From contig CAZIDF010000002.1 of the NCBI GenBank assembly GCA_964538085.1, positions 24,844 to 88,843 of the forward strand: a stretch of DNA of 64,000 nucleotides. The letters run 5' to 3'. The notes under the pieces were generated by a model. It saw nothing but the letters and a program-made list of their open reading frames with translations, was not told where the DNA came from and made no database searches. The DNA comes from an uncultured Eubacteriales bacterium. GTDB lineage: Bacteria; Acidobacteriota; Aminicenantia; Aminicenantales; Aminicenantaceae. The position numbers and the translations under genes were made by a program. Position 1 is the stretch's first letter. The number at the start of each line of letters is the position of its first letter. Shown here piece by piece: positions 30,662 to 41,130 of this stretch.

Positions 30662-31608
30662 AATTCCTCTTCCGTTTTATCGATCTTTAGACTGACCTTG
30701 TTGCGCCCCAGCCATTTGCTGTGCTTCATCAAGGATTTGGCACGGTCGATAAGGCCATCGAGAGAATCCACTCTGGAGGCTAGCGTTGCCCCTAAAGATA
30801 TGGTAGCCCGTACAAGTTTTGAGCCCGCTGTGATGTTCGACTTCTCGACGAGTAACCTTATCTTGTTTCCGACAAGATCCAACTTGCTTTCATCGATATT
30901 CAGAGCAACGATCAGGAATTCGTCGCTTTCCCAGCGGCCCACAAGGTCGAAAAATCGGATGCTGTTGTTTATGGTTTGGGCCAGGGACCGGAGGATCTGG
31001 TCCCCGGCAGGCTTGCCATAGGAATCGTTCACTTCTTTCAGGTGGTCCACGTCCAGATAAAACAATCCAAAGGAGATCCGGTATCTCTTTATTTCTTCCA
31101 GTCTTGTTTGGAGGTGGATCTCCAGGAATCTTCGATTTCCGACTTCAGTCAACGGATCGAGTAATTGCATGTGCTCCAATTCTCTTTTTCGTTGGGGCAT
31201 GATGAATTTTGGAGAAATATCATTGAAGGTTTCAACAGCGGCAATAACTTCTCCGTTCTCTCCAGAAATAGGGAATGCTTTGATGGCTACAGGTAGCCTG
31301 TATCCTTCTTTGTGCTGAAAATAGGCTTCCATTTGGTGGGTTTTGCCGTCGGAAAGGGCCTGTTTGACAGGACAATCTTTCTCGCAAATGTTTCTACCCG
31401 ATTCATCCACCGGGCTGATGATATTGTCCGAACATTTCCTCCCGCTGACAAAAGATTTGTCATAGCCCGTGATTTGTTCGGCCCCCTTATTCCAAAAAAA
31501 TATCTTGCAATCCTGGTCCACGAAATAAATCCCATCATGAACATTGTTGAGGAGAATTTCCGTGAATTTTTTGTCTATACTTTCCTCAGGGAATGATTTT
31601 TTTTCCAC
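30658..31608 (-). CDS. PAS + GGDEF-domain protein with degenerate signature (ESDEF)
   Basis: PAS WNKGAEQITGY, DPLTEVGNRR, DVDHLKEVNDSYG..GD, GRWESDEF. Confidence 0.88.
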   Translation of the reverse strand: MEKKSFPEESIDKKFTEILLNNVHDGIYFVDQDCKIFFWNKGAEQITGYDKSFVSGRKCSDNIISPVDESGRNICEKDCPVKQALSDGKTHQMEAYFQHKEGYRLPVAIKAFPISGENGEVIAAVETFNDISPKFIMPQRKRELEHMQLLDPLTEVGNRRFLEIHLQTRLEEIKRYRISFGLFYLDVDHLKEVNDSYGKPAGDQILRSLAQTINNSIRFFDLVGRWESDEFLIVALNIDESKLDLVGNKIRLLVEKSNITAGSKLVRATISLGATLASRVDSLDGLIDRAKSLMKHSKWLGRNKVSLKIDKTEEEL

Positions 31609-31711
31609 TGTACTATCCCAAAGCTGTCTTTTTACCCCAAAATATTTATACCAAAGACGGTCTTCGAAGTCAAAATATTCTGTCGCCTTGAGGAAGGATA
31701 TTCCGCGATCC

Positions 31712-31740
31712 TTGACTTTTCACTAACCAGGAGTTATAAA
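31712..31740 (+). promoter_or_regulatory. Sigma70-type promoter for XRE/ImmA gene
   Basis: TTGACT-17 nt-TATAAA. Confidence 0.5.
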
Positions 31741-31767
31741 AAACCCATCTCAATATAGGGGAACGGA

Positions 31768-32862
31768 ATGGTTCGAATCGTCGGAACAAAAATCCGAAAG
31801 TTGCGAGAGGAAATGGGCCTTACCCAGGAAGATTTAGCCAAATCGGTGGGATTGTCCTCCGAGTTCATTTCTCTCCTGGAACTGGGAAGAAGAAGCCCCA
31901 GCCTAGAAAGCTTGTCGCGAATCGCAAAATTTCTTGATAAAAAAATCTCTTATTTCCTTCTTGAAAAAGTGGAATCGTTCGATTCTCTGCTTCGCGGGAA
32001 TAAGATTGATTCAAAAACAAAGCGATTGCTGAAAACCTTTCGAAAATATTGTGAGGATTACCTTTGGTTGGAAGAAGCAAACGGGAGGCAATCAGATCTG
32101 GGTCCTGTTTATTCCCATGTAAAGGCTGAAAAAATGGCGGAACAGGAAAGACGCCGTTTAGGCCTGGGACAAGATGCCATCCCCCAAGTTTTTTCTCTAT
32201 TGGAGCAGAGCGGTCTGCATGTGTGGAGACATCCTGTTCCCGATGACATTCCTATCGCCGGTGTTTTTGTGTTTTTTGATTACAAACAATCGGCTTTTGC
32301 TCTCGTCAACAGCAACCAATCATTCCATCAGCAAGTCTTGACAGCCACGCATGAGTATGGTCATTACCTGAGGGATCGTTTTGACGGACCGATCATCGAC
32401 AACCCCGATATCTTCATCGAAGATTACATCACGCTTTACCATGGGAGAGAAAAATTCGCCCAATCATTTGCTTTGCATTTTCTGCTTCCTCCCGAACGGC
32501 TCAGAGATTTTGTGGAAAAGGACCTCCGATCCAGGCAGCTTAACGTTGAAGATATCCTGTATATCAGGAGATGTTATGATGTGAGTTTCCTCGTTATGCT
32601 TCAGATGTTGAAAAAGCTTGAATATATTTCGCTCGGTCAGTACAAAGAGTTACAAAAACTGGATTGGGAGCTATATGAAAAGGCCCTATTCGGATCGAAT
32701 TATGCCTCTGTCCCGCATAAATCAAGAGGTCATTCTCTTTTTTCGGCGCGGTTTATAAGCCTCGTGCTGGATGCTTTTAGGCTAAAAAAGATCACGGCAG
32801 AAAAGGCCGCTCAGCTTCTCCACATGAATAAAGAGAAATTCCATTCTTTGCCTAAAAAGTGA
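31768..32862 (+). CDS. XRE-family HTH fused to ImmA/IrrE-like metallopeptidase
   Basis: LREEMGLTQEDLA...ISLLELG HTH, HEYGH motif, downstream EKFAQSFA. Confidence 0.88.
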   Translation: MVRIVGTKIRKLREEMGLTQEDLAKSVGLSSEFISLLELGRRSPSLESLSRIAKFLDKKISYFLLEKVESFDSLLRGNKIDSKTKRLLKTFRKYCEDYLWLEEANGRQSDLGPVYSHVKAEKMAEQERRRLGLGQDAIPQVFSLLEQSGLHVWRHPVPDDIPIAGVFVFFDYKQSAFALVNSNQSFHQQVLTATHEYGHYLRDRFDGPIIDNPDIFIEDYITLYHGREKFAQSFALHFLLPPERLRDFVEKDLRSRQLNVEDILYIRRCYDVSFLVMLQMLKKLEYISLGQYKELQKLDWELYEKALFGSNYASVPHKSRGHSLFSARFISLVLDAFRLKKITAEKAAQLLHMNKEKFHSLPKK

Positions 32863-32876
32863 ACCGGTCGGTTTTC

Positions 32877-33848
32877 TCACTTCCTGCGTTCCGTCAAATT
32901 TCGATAAAACTTCTGATGATATTCTTCGGCAGGATAAAAGTCCGTTACCGGTAGTACTTGAGTCGCGATCTGTGCGGAAAACCTGCCTGATTTTTCCCAG
33001 CTTTCGATCATCTTCTCTGCCTTATGTTTTTGATCTTCGTTGTGATAAAAGATGACCGATCTGTACTGCGATCCAAAATCCGGGCCTTGCCTGTCGACCT
33101 GAGTGGGATCATGAAGTTGAAAAAAGGCTTCCACAAGCTCGCTGTAGGAAACAACTTCAGGGTCGAACAAAACGTGGACAGCCTCGGCATGCCCGGTATC
33201 GCCACGGCAAACCTGTTGATATGAGGGATTCTCCACGCTCCCGCCTGTGTATCCCACGGTGGTTTGCACAACTCCATGGATCTTGCTGAACGTATCTTCC
33301 ACACCCCAAAAACAGCCGGCTGCAAATGTAGCGATCTCTCTAAAGTCGAGAGCGATGGAATTGATGCAGAAATGCCGTCGAGAAGGAGAAGGACCATCAT
33401 CGAACACGTGTCCGAGATGAGCTCCACATGTTGCACACCTCACCTCGATCCGTTTCATGAACAGAGAATGGTCTTCTCGATATTCAATGTTTTCCTCATC
33501 CACAGGATCCGTGAAACTCGGCCAGCCTGTTCCATGGTCGTATTTTGTGTCCGAACGAAAAAGAGGAGTACCGCAACCGACGCATTGATATAGGCCTTCC
33601 TGGTAATGGTCATTATATTTTCCTGTAAAGGGCTTTTCCGTTCCAGCTTCCCTCATGACGTGGAATTGTTGGGGAGTGAGAATCTTTTTCCACTCAGCCT
33701 CTGCTTTTGTTACCTTTTTTATCATCATGGTTTTCTTCCCCTCAAGATATAGTCTATTGGCGCGATTACTGGGCCAGAAATGATCGGTCAGCCAGATCGC
33801 TGCAAGAAAAAGCAATGGGAATACGAAAAGTTCCTTTTTTAATCTCAT
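32877..33848 (-). CDS. msrAB: Bifunctional methionine sulfoxide reductase MsrB-MsrA
   Basis: GTEKPF, GWPSF, HLGHVF.DGP, FCINS (MsrB) followed by GCFWGVE, GHAE, AEEYHQ (MsrA). Confidence 0.93.
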   Translation of the reverse strand: MRLKKELFVFPLLFLAAIWLTDHFWPSNRANRLYLEGKKTMMIKKVTKAEAEWKKILTPQQFHVMREAGTEKPFTGKYNDHYQEGLYQCVGCGTPLFRSDTKYDHGTGWPSFTDPVDEENIEYREDHSLFMKRIEVRCATCGAHLGHVFDDGPSPSRRHFCINSIALDFREIATFAAGCFWGVEDTFSKIHGVVQTTVGYTGGSVENPSYQQVCRGDTGHAEAVHVLFDPEVVSYSELVEAFFQLHDPTQVDRQGPDFGSQYRSVIFYHNEDQKHKAEKMIESWEKSGRFSAQIATQVLPVTDFYPAEEYHQKFYRNLTERRK

Positions 33849-34012
33849 GCTTTCTCCAATTCCGAATATTCCTATAGAAATATTATACTTTATCGGAAGC
33901 TAATCACAAAATCTGGGTTTTTTTCTCTTGCTTGATTTGGACAATTAGGATTAGATAACTTTATGCACAGGTCGAAAGCGTTGCCTATCCATATTGTCCA
34001 TAGCAGGAAAGC

Positions 34013-35144
34013 ATGATCGCAAGAACAAAAAACATCTCAGGAATTTGTCTATCGTTTTTATGCCTGTTCATCCTCTTCCTTTTACCGGGTTTCAGTGATG
34101 AAAAACCTCAAGTTATCCCGCTAGAATCAGCGCAAAATACCCAACTGAGGAAGGCATTGGATGCAGAGATAGATGTGTTGAGCGGAAGGTTGTTCGAGAT
34201 GAATGATTGGATGTACCATCATCCAGAGCCAGGTTTTCTCGAGTTCAAGGCTGCAGCCTTGTTGATCGAAGAGCTGAAAAAGAATGGATTTACCGTTGAA
34301 GAAGGAGTCCCCGGGTTTACTCACGGCCTTTAAGGCAAAATATTTGGGAAGCTCTGAACCGCCTGTTATCGGAATAGCGGTGGAGTATGATGCCCTGAGA
34401 GAGAACCCTCCCTTTCATGGATGCCAACACAACATGCAAGGACCCACAGGCATAGGCGCCGCGATCGCCCTGACTAGGGTGATGACAAAAAACAAAATCC
34501 CTGGAAGTGTATGGGTTATCGGCACGCCTGCCGAGGAAGTCGGACCACCAGCGCCCTTGATGCCGTTCTTCTTATGTTTCATGAATTCCGTTTTCACGGG
34601 ATTGTCAGCGATGGGGGAGCCGCTTCCAACATCGTCCCTGACATGGCTTCAGCCACCCTCTGGATTAGGCACCTGATGGATGAGACTCCTGTCGGAGCGA
34701 TGAATCCAAGGAAAGCTAGAGAAAAAATAGAGAGCAAAGTGGAAGTCTTGGATAATATGGCCAAGGGATGTGCTTTGGCCACAGGAACGACGGTGGACAT
34801 CGATCATTATGGGGAGTACAATCCCGGTATTTCAATCGGCGTGTTGAACGATGTGGCCTTTCATTATGCCCTGGAGTATGGAGGCATGAATAGGGGAGAG
34901 AGGGAAGTTCCTCGACATTGGGAAGAAACTGGATTTGCTACTCTAAAAGTGCCGGGCGTCCATATCAGCATCGGGTCACTCCCAGGAGAACGCAGACATC
35001 ACGATTAGTCCTGCCGGACACGAATCCCTTCTTTTGACAACGAAGGTTATGGGAGCCGTGGCACTGCGGATGCTGATGGACAAAGACTTGAGGAAAAAAG
35101 CCAAGGCCGAACATACCGAATGGCTAAAAAAATACAACGAATGA
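34013..35144 (+). pseudogene. Disrupted secreted M20 amidohydrolase (AbgB-like)
   Basis: HPEPGFLE, EYDAL, HGCQHN, GTPAEE, GG.ASNIVP and GHSQENA..KYNE* lie in different frames. Frameshifts or deletions at ~34315, ~34550 and ~34973. Confidence 0.82.
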
Positions 35145-35151
35145 GCCTGGT

Positions 35152-36105
35152 TTAAAACTTTTTCAGGTATATACTTCCTCCAGAGGTTCTCAAATAGAGT
35201 TCCGGGCCTCCCCCGTTCATTTTAGCGTGCATCGAACTTTTGTCTATTTCACCGCTGATAGAGACCGGGAAATCCGTGTGGACTCTGCCTCCAGACGCTT
35301 TTGCATTCACATCCAGGCTCATATTTTCATCTAGCTGAACAGTGATCGATCCTCCTGACGTTGTCAGTCGGCAATCGGATTCGGGTTGTCGTGAAAGATA
35401 GGCTTTTACCGCCCCCCCAGAAGTGTGGGCTTCTATCGTGCCCATAACTTCGTCGACAGTGATGCTTCCTCCCGAAGTCTGAGCATCCACAGGGCCTTCA
35501 GCATGTCTGATATGAATGCTCCCTCCAGATGTTCGGATGTTTGATCTTCCTATTACTTCACCGATGGAGATGCTCCCTCCAGAAGTTTTTCCGGAGATGT
35601 TGCCCCTTATGTTATCGAATTTGAGGCTTCCTCCTGAGGTATTGCTCAAGATTTTCCCAGAGAGATCTTCGACAGATATGCTCCCGCCCGAGGTCTGTAG
35701 ATCGACATTGTATTCTGAAGGAACAGCAATGATGTATTTCACCTGGAGGTGTCTGCCTATGTTATTCCAGAATCCTTTGATCCCTTTTTTGTATTTTGCT
35801 TGGATAGTGACATCGTTCCCGGAGTGGGTGAATTGGATGTCAAAATCTTTAAGAATTTCCTCCGCTCTTTTTTCATTGTTTGTTCTGATCTCGCGGAGAA
35901 TTTCGATTTCAACCGAATCGATATTTCCCCCCCGGACTGATATCGATCCGATATCGCTTTCGAGCGAAAGAGTTCCTCCAGTTCCGACCGGGTATGATTT
36001 GTTGATTCTGTCTTCGATGTTTCCGTATGTGAGACAGTTGGCAAAAAGAAATAGGATGGCGGTTAAAACGCCGAAAAAGCATGATCTTTTTCTTTTAGAT
36101 TTCAT
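35152..36105 (-). CDS. DUF4097-like beta-strand repeat protein (TSGGSI repeats), exported
   Basis: About 8 T-S-G-G-x-(I/L/V) repeats. GGAGG RBS before ATG 36105 and a signal-like N-terminus. Confidence 0.85.
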   Translation of the reverse strand: MKSKRKRSCFFGVLTAILFLFANCLTYGNIEDRINKSYPVGTGGTLSLESDIGSISVRGGNIDSVEIEILREIRTNNEKRAEEILKDFDIQFTHSGNDVTIQAKYKKGIKGFWNNIGRHLQVKYIIAVPSEYNVDLQTSGGSISVEDLSGKILSNTSGGSLKFDNIRGNISGKTSGGSISIGEVIGRSNIRTSGGSIHIRHAEGPVDAQTSGGSITVDEVMGTIEAHTSGGAVKAYLSRQPESDCRLTTSGGSITVQLDENMSLDVNAKASGGRVHTDFPVSISGEIDKSSMHAKMNGGGPELYLRTSGGSIYLKKF

Positions 36106-36277
36106 CCTGTCCTCCAAAGTAATAAAAAGCTGAGTCTCTTCATACCTATGTACGAGATTCTTTGAAAAAAGGTTCCCTCGCTTCGGTCTTATGCTTTTAA
36201 TGTTGCACAGAATGTGGTATTTTAGTTCAAACAAGGGAGAATAGGCAGGACGTACGACTAAACTAACGGAGTGAGTC

Positions 36278-37258
36278 ATGTTGAATAGAATCAAAGGTTG
36301 TCTTCTCGGGCTCGCTGTTGGGGACGCGCTGGGGGCGCCTGTTGAGCATCTTTCTTGGGAAAAGATCAAGGAAAAGTATGGGGAGAGCGGGATCGCCGAT
36401 TACGATGTCTGGAACGGATTCAAACCTGGATTCTATACAGATGACACTCAGCTTTCGTTGGCCACTGCCAAAGGGTGTATCCATGCCCATTTTAGCCTGA
36501 TGAGAGGTGGAGAAGCCCATTCTAAAGAATTTGTGTACAAGAGTTATATGGTGTGGCTTGAAAGCTTGCAGGATCCCTGCCATGTGAGACACCCTGGGTA
36601 TACCTGCATGCACGTGCTGCAGAGCGGAGAAAAAGGCTCTATCCGAAATCCTATCAACGATAGTACCGAGGCAAGCGGAATATTACGAACAGCTCCTGTA
36701 GGATTGGCATTTCCTCCGGGGATGGCATTCAGGGAAGCAGCCGATTATGCCGCATTGACCCATGGACATCCTTCTGCTTATTACGCGGCAGCATTTTTGG
36801 CTGAGATCATTGCCCACATCATCGAAGGAAAATCCCTTCAAGATGCAGTCGAGTTGAGCATCGAACTGCTTGTCGCTTTTGAAAATCACGAGGATTTACT
36901 CCGCTACTTAGAGATTGCCTTGGAGCTGTTCCTAGACCAAAAATCGGTTGAAGAGGCTATCTCCCAAATGGGCGATGGTGTTTCTGCAGCCGAAGTTCTC
37001 GCCTTCGGTGTATTTTGTGCGCTGAAACATGTATTTGAGTTCTCGGAAGGAGTGAAAGCCTCAGTCAATTATTCTGGGATCAGCACTTCCAGCGGATTGG
37101 TCACGGGAGCAATTCTCGGCACTCTGCTCGGCCATGAAGGGATTTCTGATCATTGGGTGTCTGGGCTGGAAAACTCTCAAGAGATCATCGAGATCGCTGA
37201 AGATATGCACAAAATTTTTAAGCTAGGCGAAAGAATTTCTTTTGAAAAATATTGTTAG
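36278..37258 (+). CDS. ADP-ribosylglycohydrolase family protein
   Basis: GLAVGDALGAPVE, YTDDTQL, LTHGHP. Confidence 0.88.
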   Translation: MLNRIKGCLLGLAVGDALGAPVEHLSWEKIKEKYGESGIADYDVWNGFKPGFYTDDTQLSLATAKGCIHAHFSLMRGGEAHSKEFVYKSYMVWLESLQDPCHVRHPGYTCMHVLQSGEKGSIRNPINDSTEASGILRTAPVGLAFPPGMAFREAADYAALTHGHPSAYYAAAFLAEIIAHIIEGKSLQDAVELSIELLVAFENHEDLLRYLEIALELFLDQKSVEEAISQMGDGVSAAEVLAFGVFCALKHVFEFSEGVKASVNYSGISTSSGLVTGAILGTLLGHEGISDHWVSGLENSQEIIEIAEDMHKIFKLGERISFEKYC

Positions 37259-37384
37259 GAATAAGTAGCGGCAATAATCTGTCAGCTGCCCAGACATGTG
37301 AACTTGCTCGCGATCCCCTGGTCCTGATCTTAGCTCCAACAATAGCAGGGGACGATTATGCCGGTTGAATTGGATCTAGTGCGG

Positions 37385-38839
37385 TCAGGCCAGTTCAGCT
37401 AGAACAGCAGTAAGAAAATTCCAGAATTTTTCAACTGAACCTATGTTTACACGTTCCTCTGGAGAGTGAGGATGCTCGATCGTAGGGCCGAAAGAAATCA
37501 TATCCATGCCTGGAAATTTTTCTCCGATGATCCCACATTCAAGACCTGCATGGACAGCTCCCACTTCAGCCTCTTTTTGAAACATCTTGTTGTACACGTC
37601 TTTGCAAGTTTGTAATATCGTGGATTGGAGGTCAGGGGTCCATCCGGGATAACCCTCGGGCTGGGCAAGTTGCGCTCCGATGGTTTCGCACAGGGCAGCA
37701 ATGGTATCGCGTGTGGCTTCCAATCCTGATGCGACCGAACTGCGGCTGCTGCTGATAATCTGCACGTGCTCCGGGTGTGTGTGGACTACAGCCAGATTTG
37801 TGGATGTCTCCACAAGGCCTTTCATCTCCTGATGCATGGAAAGGACTCCGTGAGGAAGGGTGACGAGAAGGTTGATGAGTGTCTTTTGTGATTCTTCGGT
37901 CAAAGGGAGTAATTCATCGGCCTTTGATTTCTCTAAAGTGAATTTGGCCTCGCTTTCAACCGATTTGAACTCGTTGTAGATCTTGTCGAAAGATTCCTGG
38001 AAGGAAGCCCGCAGAGTTTCGATCCGTGCTGGATCTGCATACAAGTTTGCCCGAGCCTCCCTCGGGATGGCGTTTCGCATGTTGCCGCCTTCCATGCTGG
38101 CTAGTGAAAAAGACGCTTTTTTTTCTGTTTGCCAAAGCATACGGGCGAGTAATTTTATCGCGTTTCCTCTGCCTTGATCGATATCGATTCCTGAATGTCC
38201 TCCTCTAAATCCGAATAGCTTAAGACAGAAAAGTTCTCCTTCGGTTCCATCTCTCCGTTTCACTGGAAGATGGATTTCTGAATCTGCGCCGCCTGCACAA
38301 CCGATGGTGAAGGTTCCTTCGTCTTCGCTGTCGAGGTTGAGGAGGATTTTACCCTGTAGAAAATCCGATCTGATCTTTGTCGCCCCGGTGAGGCCGGTCT
38401 CTTCGTCCACAGTAAAAAGAAATTCAAGGGGCCCATGAACCATGCTCTTGTCTTCCATAAGAGCCAAGGCCGCTGCCACACCGATCCCGTTGTCGGATCC
38501 AAGAGTGGTTCCTTTTGCCGAGATCCAGTCTCCTTTTTTTTCGGGTTGGATAGGGTCTTTGCTAAAATCATGCTCAATATCAGAATTTTTTTCGCAAACC
38601 ATATCGAGGTGTCCCTGGAGGATAACGCCCGGTGCTTTTTCCATGCCAGGAGATGCGTTTTTGGATACAACGACATTCCCGACATCATCGCGTTTCCATC
38701 CCAGGTTGAAGTTTTTAGCCTGCGATATGATGTAATCCCCCAATTCTTTTTCGTTGCCCGAGCAGTGAGGGATTTTCAATATTTCTTCGAAGTGTTTCCA
38801 AATGAGAGAAGGATTGAGATCATCGAAAATAGGTGACAT
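37385..38839 (-). CDS. pepD: Aminoacyl-histidine dipeptidase (M20C)
   Basis: QGHLDMVCEK, GTTLGSDNGIG, DEETGLTGA, NLDSED, GGHSG, HAGLECG. Confidence 0.93.
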   Translation of the reverse strand: MSPIFDDLNPSLIWKHFEEILKIPHCSGNEKELGDYIISQAKNFNLGWKRDDVGNVVVSKNASPGMEKAPGVILQGHLDMVCEKNSDIEHDFSKDPIQPEKKGDWISAKGTTLGSDNGIGVAAALALMEDKSMVHGPLEFLFTVDEETGLTGATKIRSDFLQGKILLNLDSEDEGTFTIGCAGGADSEIHLPVKRRDGTEGELFCLKLFGFRGGHSGIDIDQGRGNAIKLLARMLWQTEKKASFSLASMEGGNMRNAIPREARANLYADPARIETLRASFQESFDKIYNEFKSVESEAKFTLEKSKADELLPLTEESQKTLINLLVTLPHGVLSMHQEMKGLVETSTNLAVVHTHPEHVQIISSSRSSVASGLEATRDTIAALCETIGAQLAQPEGYPGWTPDLQSTILQTCKDVYNKMFQKEAEVGAVHAGLECGIIGEKFPGMDMISFGPTIEHPHSPEERVNIGSVEKFWNFLTAVLAELA

Positions 38840-38982
38840 CGTTATTTCTCCATTATAGAGTGATATATCATAAAAAAATCGAAACAGTAGAATGACACAA
38901 AATCCCTCCGGATTCAAGATTAATCGAAGAAAAATCTTTTGACATGATCCCCCTGCTTTCCATAAAATTATTTTATCTCCAG

Positions 38983-40149
38983 ATGGAAAACGCATTGATT
39001 CAGTCCTACTGTGGTGTATTTGGATCTGTACCTGAAGTCTTTTCTTCCGCTCCCGGAAGGATCAATATAATCGGGGAACACACAGATTACAATTCAGGGT
39101 ATGTTTTGCCAACGGCCATCGATCGTCATGTCGTGCTTCTCGCCTCCAAACGGGCGGATAACATTGTCCATGTTTGGGCGGACAGTTACAAACAGGAAGC
39201 AAGATTCAGGCTGGGAGAGGATCGTGATACCAAACAAGGAGGTTGGATCGATTATGTCAAGGGCATCTATTGGATACTTGCGCAAAAGGGGGCTTCCCTT
39301 CGAGGGATCAATGCCTATGTTTGGGGCAATGTTCCATTAGAATCGGGACTGAGCTCTTCGGCAGCATTGGAAGTGAGCACCCTCCATGCCCTCAATATGT
39401 TGTTTGCGCTTCATCTTACACCTCTGGAAATGGCCCAGCTCGCCCAAAAATCCGAGAATGATTACGTGGGCGTGAAATGTGGACTTATGGATCAATTCAT
39501 ATCTGTGTTCGGAAAAAAGGATAGGGCCGTTTTTTTAGATTGTGAAACCCTGGAATATGAGTATATTCCAATCTATTTGACGAGGAAAGGTTTGGGAATT
39601 CTGGTCTATGATACGGGTGTTCGTCGAGATTTGGCGACGTCGGATTACAACAAACGTCGTGCCGAAGCCACGGAAGCGCTGGAGAAAATAGCCAATTCCG
39701 GGATCCGATCCTATCGAGATATCACCCTTAATGAGCTCCAGAAAAAAAGGTCTAAATTGGGAGAGACCCACTTTAGAAGAGCCAGACATGTGGTGACGGA
39801 GAATGAAAGGGTGAAAAAAGCTGTTGATGCGCTCCGTGCAGATGATTTTCTTGAATTGGGGAAGCTATTGTTCCAGTCTCATGAGAGCTTGAGAGATGAT
39901 TATCAAGTCTCGTGCCCAGAGCTGGATCTTTTATACGATTGTGGAAAACGATCCCAAGTTTGCCTCGGAGCGAGAATGACTGGGGCCGGATTTGGTGGAT
40001 CTGGAATTGCCTTGGTGCAAAAAAGTGGCCTGCCTTCTTTCAAAAAGATGATTTCCGATGAGGCCCGTAAAAAGGGCTTTAAACAGCCCTCCTTTCATGA
40101 GGTCGAAATCGGTGAGGGAGCGCGCGTCCATCGCACACAAGTGGATTGA
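38983..40149 (+). CDS. galK: Galactokinase
   Basis: APGRINIIGEHTDYN, GLSSSAA, CGLMDQ, GARMTGAGFGG. Confidence 0.93.
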   Translation: MENALIQSYCGVFGSVPEVFSSAPGRINIIGEHTDYNSGYVLPTAIDRHVVLLASKRADNIVHVWADSYKQEARFRLGEDRDTKQGGWIDYVKGIYWILAQKGASLRGINAYVWGNVPLESGLSSSAALEVSTLHALNMLFALHLTPLEMAQLAQKSENDYVGVKCGLMDQFISVFGKKDRAVFLDCETLEYEYIPIYLTRKGLGILVYDTGVRRDLATSDYNKRRAEATEALEKIANSGIRSYRDITLNELQKKRSKLGETHFRRARHVVTENERVKKAVDALRADDFLELGKLLFQSHESLRDDYQVSCPELDLLYDCGKRSQVCLGARMTGAGFGGSGIALVQKSGLPSFKKMISDEARKKGFKQPSFHEVEIGEGARVHRTQVD

Positions 40150-40191
40150 CATAAACATTATTATGGTAAAAATAGAATTGAGGCCGATCGA

Positions 40192-41130
40192 ATGAGCACA
40201 AAAAAAAGCCCTTTTCTATTCTTGATGATTTGTCTGAGTCTCATGACCGGATTATCTGGATCAGTCCTATCCAAACAGCCTTCCCCAGTTAAAATAATGA
40301 CCACTATCTTTCCGCTGAAAGAATTTTCGCAAGCTGTTTCAGGGGATTGGGGCACCGTGGATCTCCTCCTTCCTCCGGGAGCGGAGATCCATACCTGGCA
40401 GCCCAAGCCCAGTGATTTGGTGAAGTTGTCTGAAGCCGATGTGTTCATCTACATAGGAGCCGACCTGGAACCTTGGGTGGAAGATATCCTCCGGAGCGTA
40501 AAAAATCCTGGCCTTTATGTGGTCCAAGCGAGCGAGGGAATGAATCTGCTCAGAAATGAAAAAGGGGAAGACCAGGACCACCATGATCATGAGCATGGTT
40601 CCCTTGATCCGCATATCTGGCTGGATTTTGCGACTGATGAAAAGATCGTCGACAGGATCGCGGGGATTCTATCCAAAGTGGCTCCCAGTAGACAATCTGT
40701 ATTTCAGAACAATGCCGAAATCTACAAAAAAAAGCTTCAAGCGCTGGATGAAAAATACAGGAAGAATTTGGAGAATTGTGATCAAAAAACCATCGTGCTT
40801 GGAGGACATGCAGCCTTTGGCTATTTGGCCCATCGTTACCATTTGACTCAAATATCACTGTATGGTTTAAGCCCTGATTCGAAACCGACTCCCCGCCAGC
40901 TCATAGATGTCATTGAAATTGTCAAAAAAAAGGGGATTAAGGCCATCTTTTTCGAAGCCAATATCAGCAACGATTTGACCCGCGTGATCGCAGAAGAGAC
41001 AGGCGCAAAAACGCTGGTATTAAATCCAGGCGCAAGTTTGTCCAAGGAACAGAAAAATTCCGGTATCACGTTTTTGAAGATCATGGAAAAAAATCTGGAG
41101 AACTTAAAAAATGGACTCCGCTGCCGTTGA
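40192..41130 (+). CDS. znuA: Zn/Mn ABC transporter substrate-binding protein
   Basis: GAEIH, His-rich loop DHHDHEH, DPHIW, HAAFGY. Confidence 0.88.
   Translation: MSTKKSPFLFLMICLSLMTGLSGSVLSKQPSPVKIMTTIFPLKEFSQAVSGDWGTVDLLLPPGAEIHTWQPKPSDLVKLSEADVFIYIGADLEPWVEDILRSVKNPGLYVVQASEGMNLLRNEKGEDQDHHDHEHGSLDPHIWLDFATDEKIVDRIAGILSKVAPSRQSVFQNNAEIYKKKLQALDEKYRKNLENCDQKTIVLGGHAAFGYLAHRYHLTQISLYGLSPDSKPTPRQLIDVIEIVKKKGIKAIFFEANISNDLTRVIAEETGAKTLVLNPGASLSKEQKNSGITFLKIMEKNLENLKNGLRCR

Noticed and set aside
35516-36133. 205-aa + strand ORF with LPPEV repeats
   Set aside because: Antisense shadow of the TSGGS repeats in the DUF4097-like gene.
37268-37363. Possible structured RNA between the ARH gene and pepD (TCCCCTG/CAGGGGA)
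   Set aside because: Short stems between convergent genes with no family motif, at most a terminator-like structure.
40146-40168. Zur box upstream of znuA
   Set aside because: Only a weak CATAA..TTATG dyad with no convincing match to known Zur consensus sequences.
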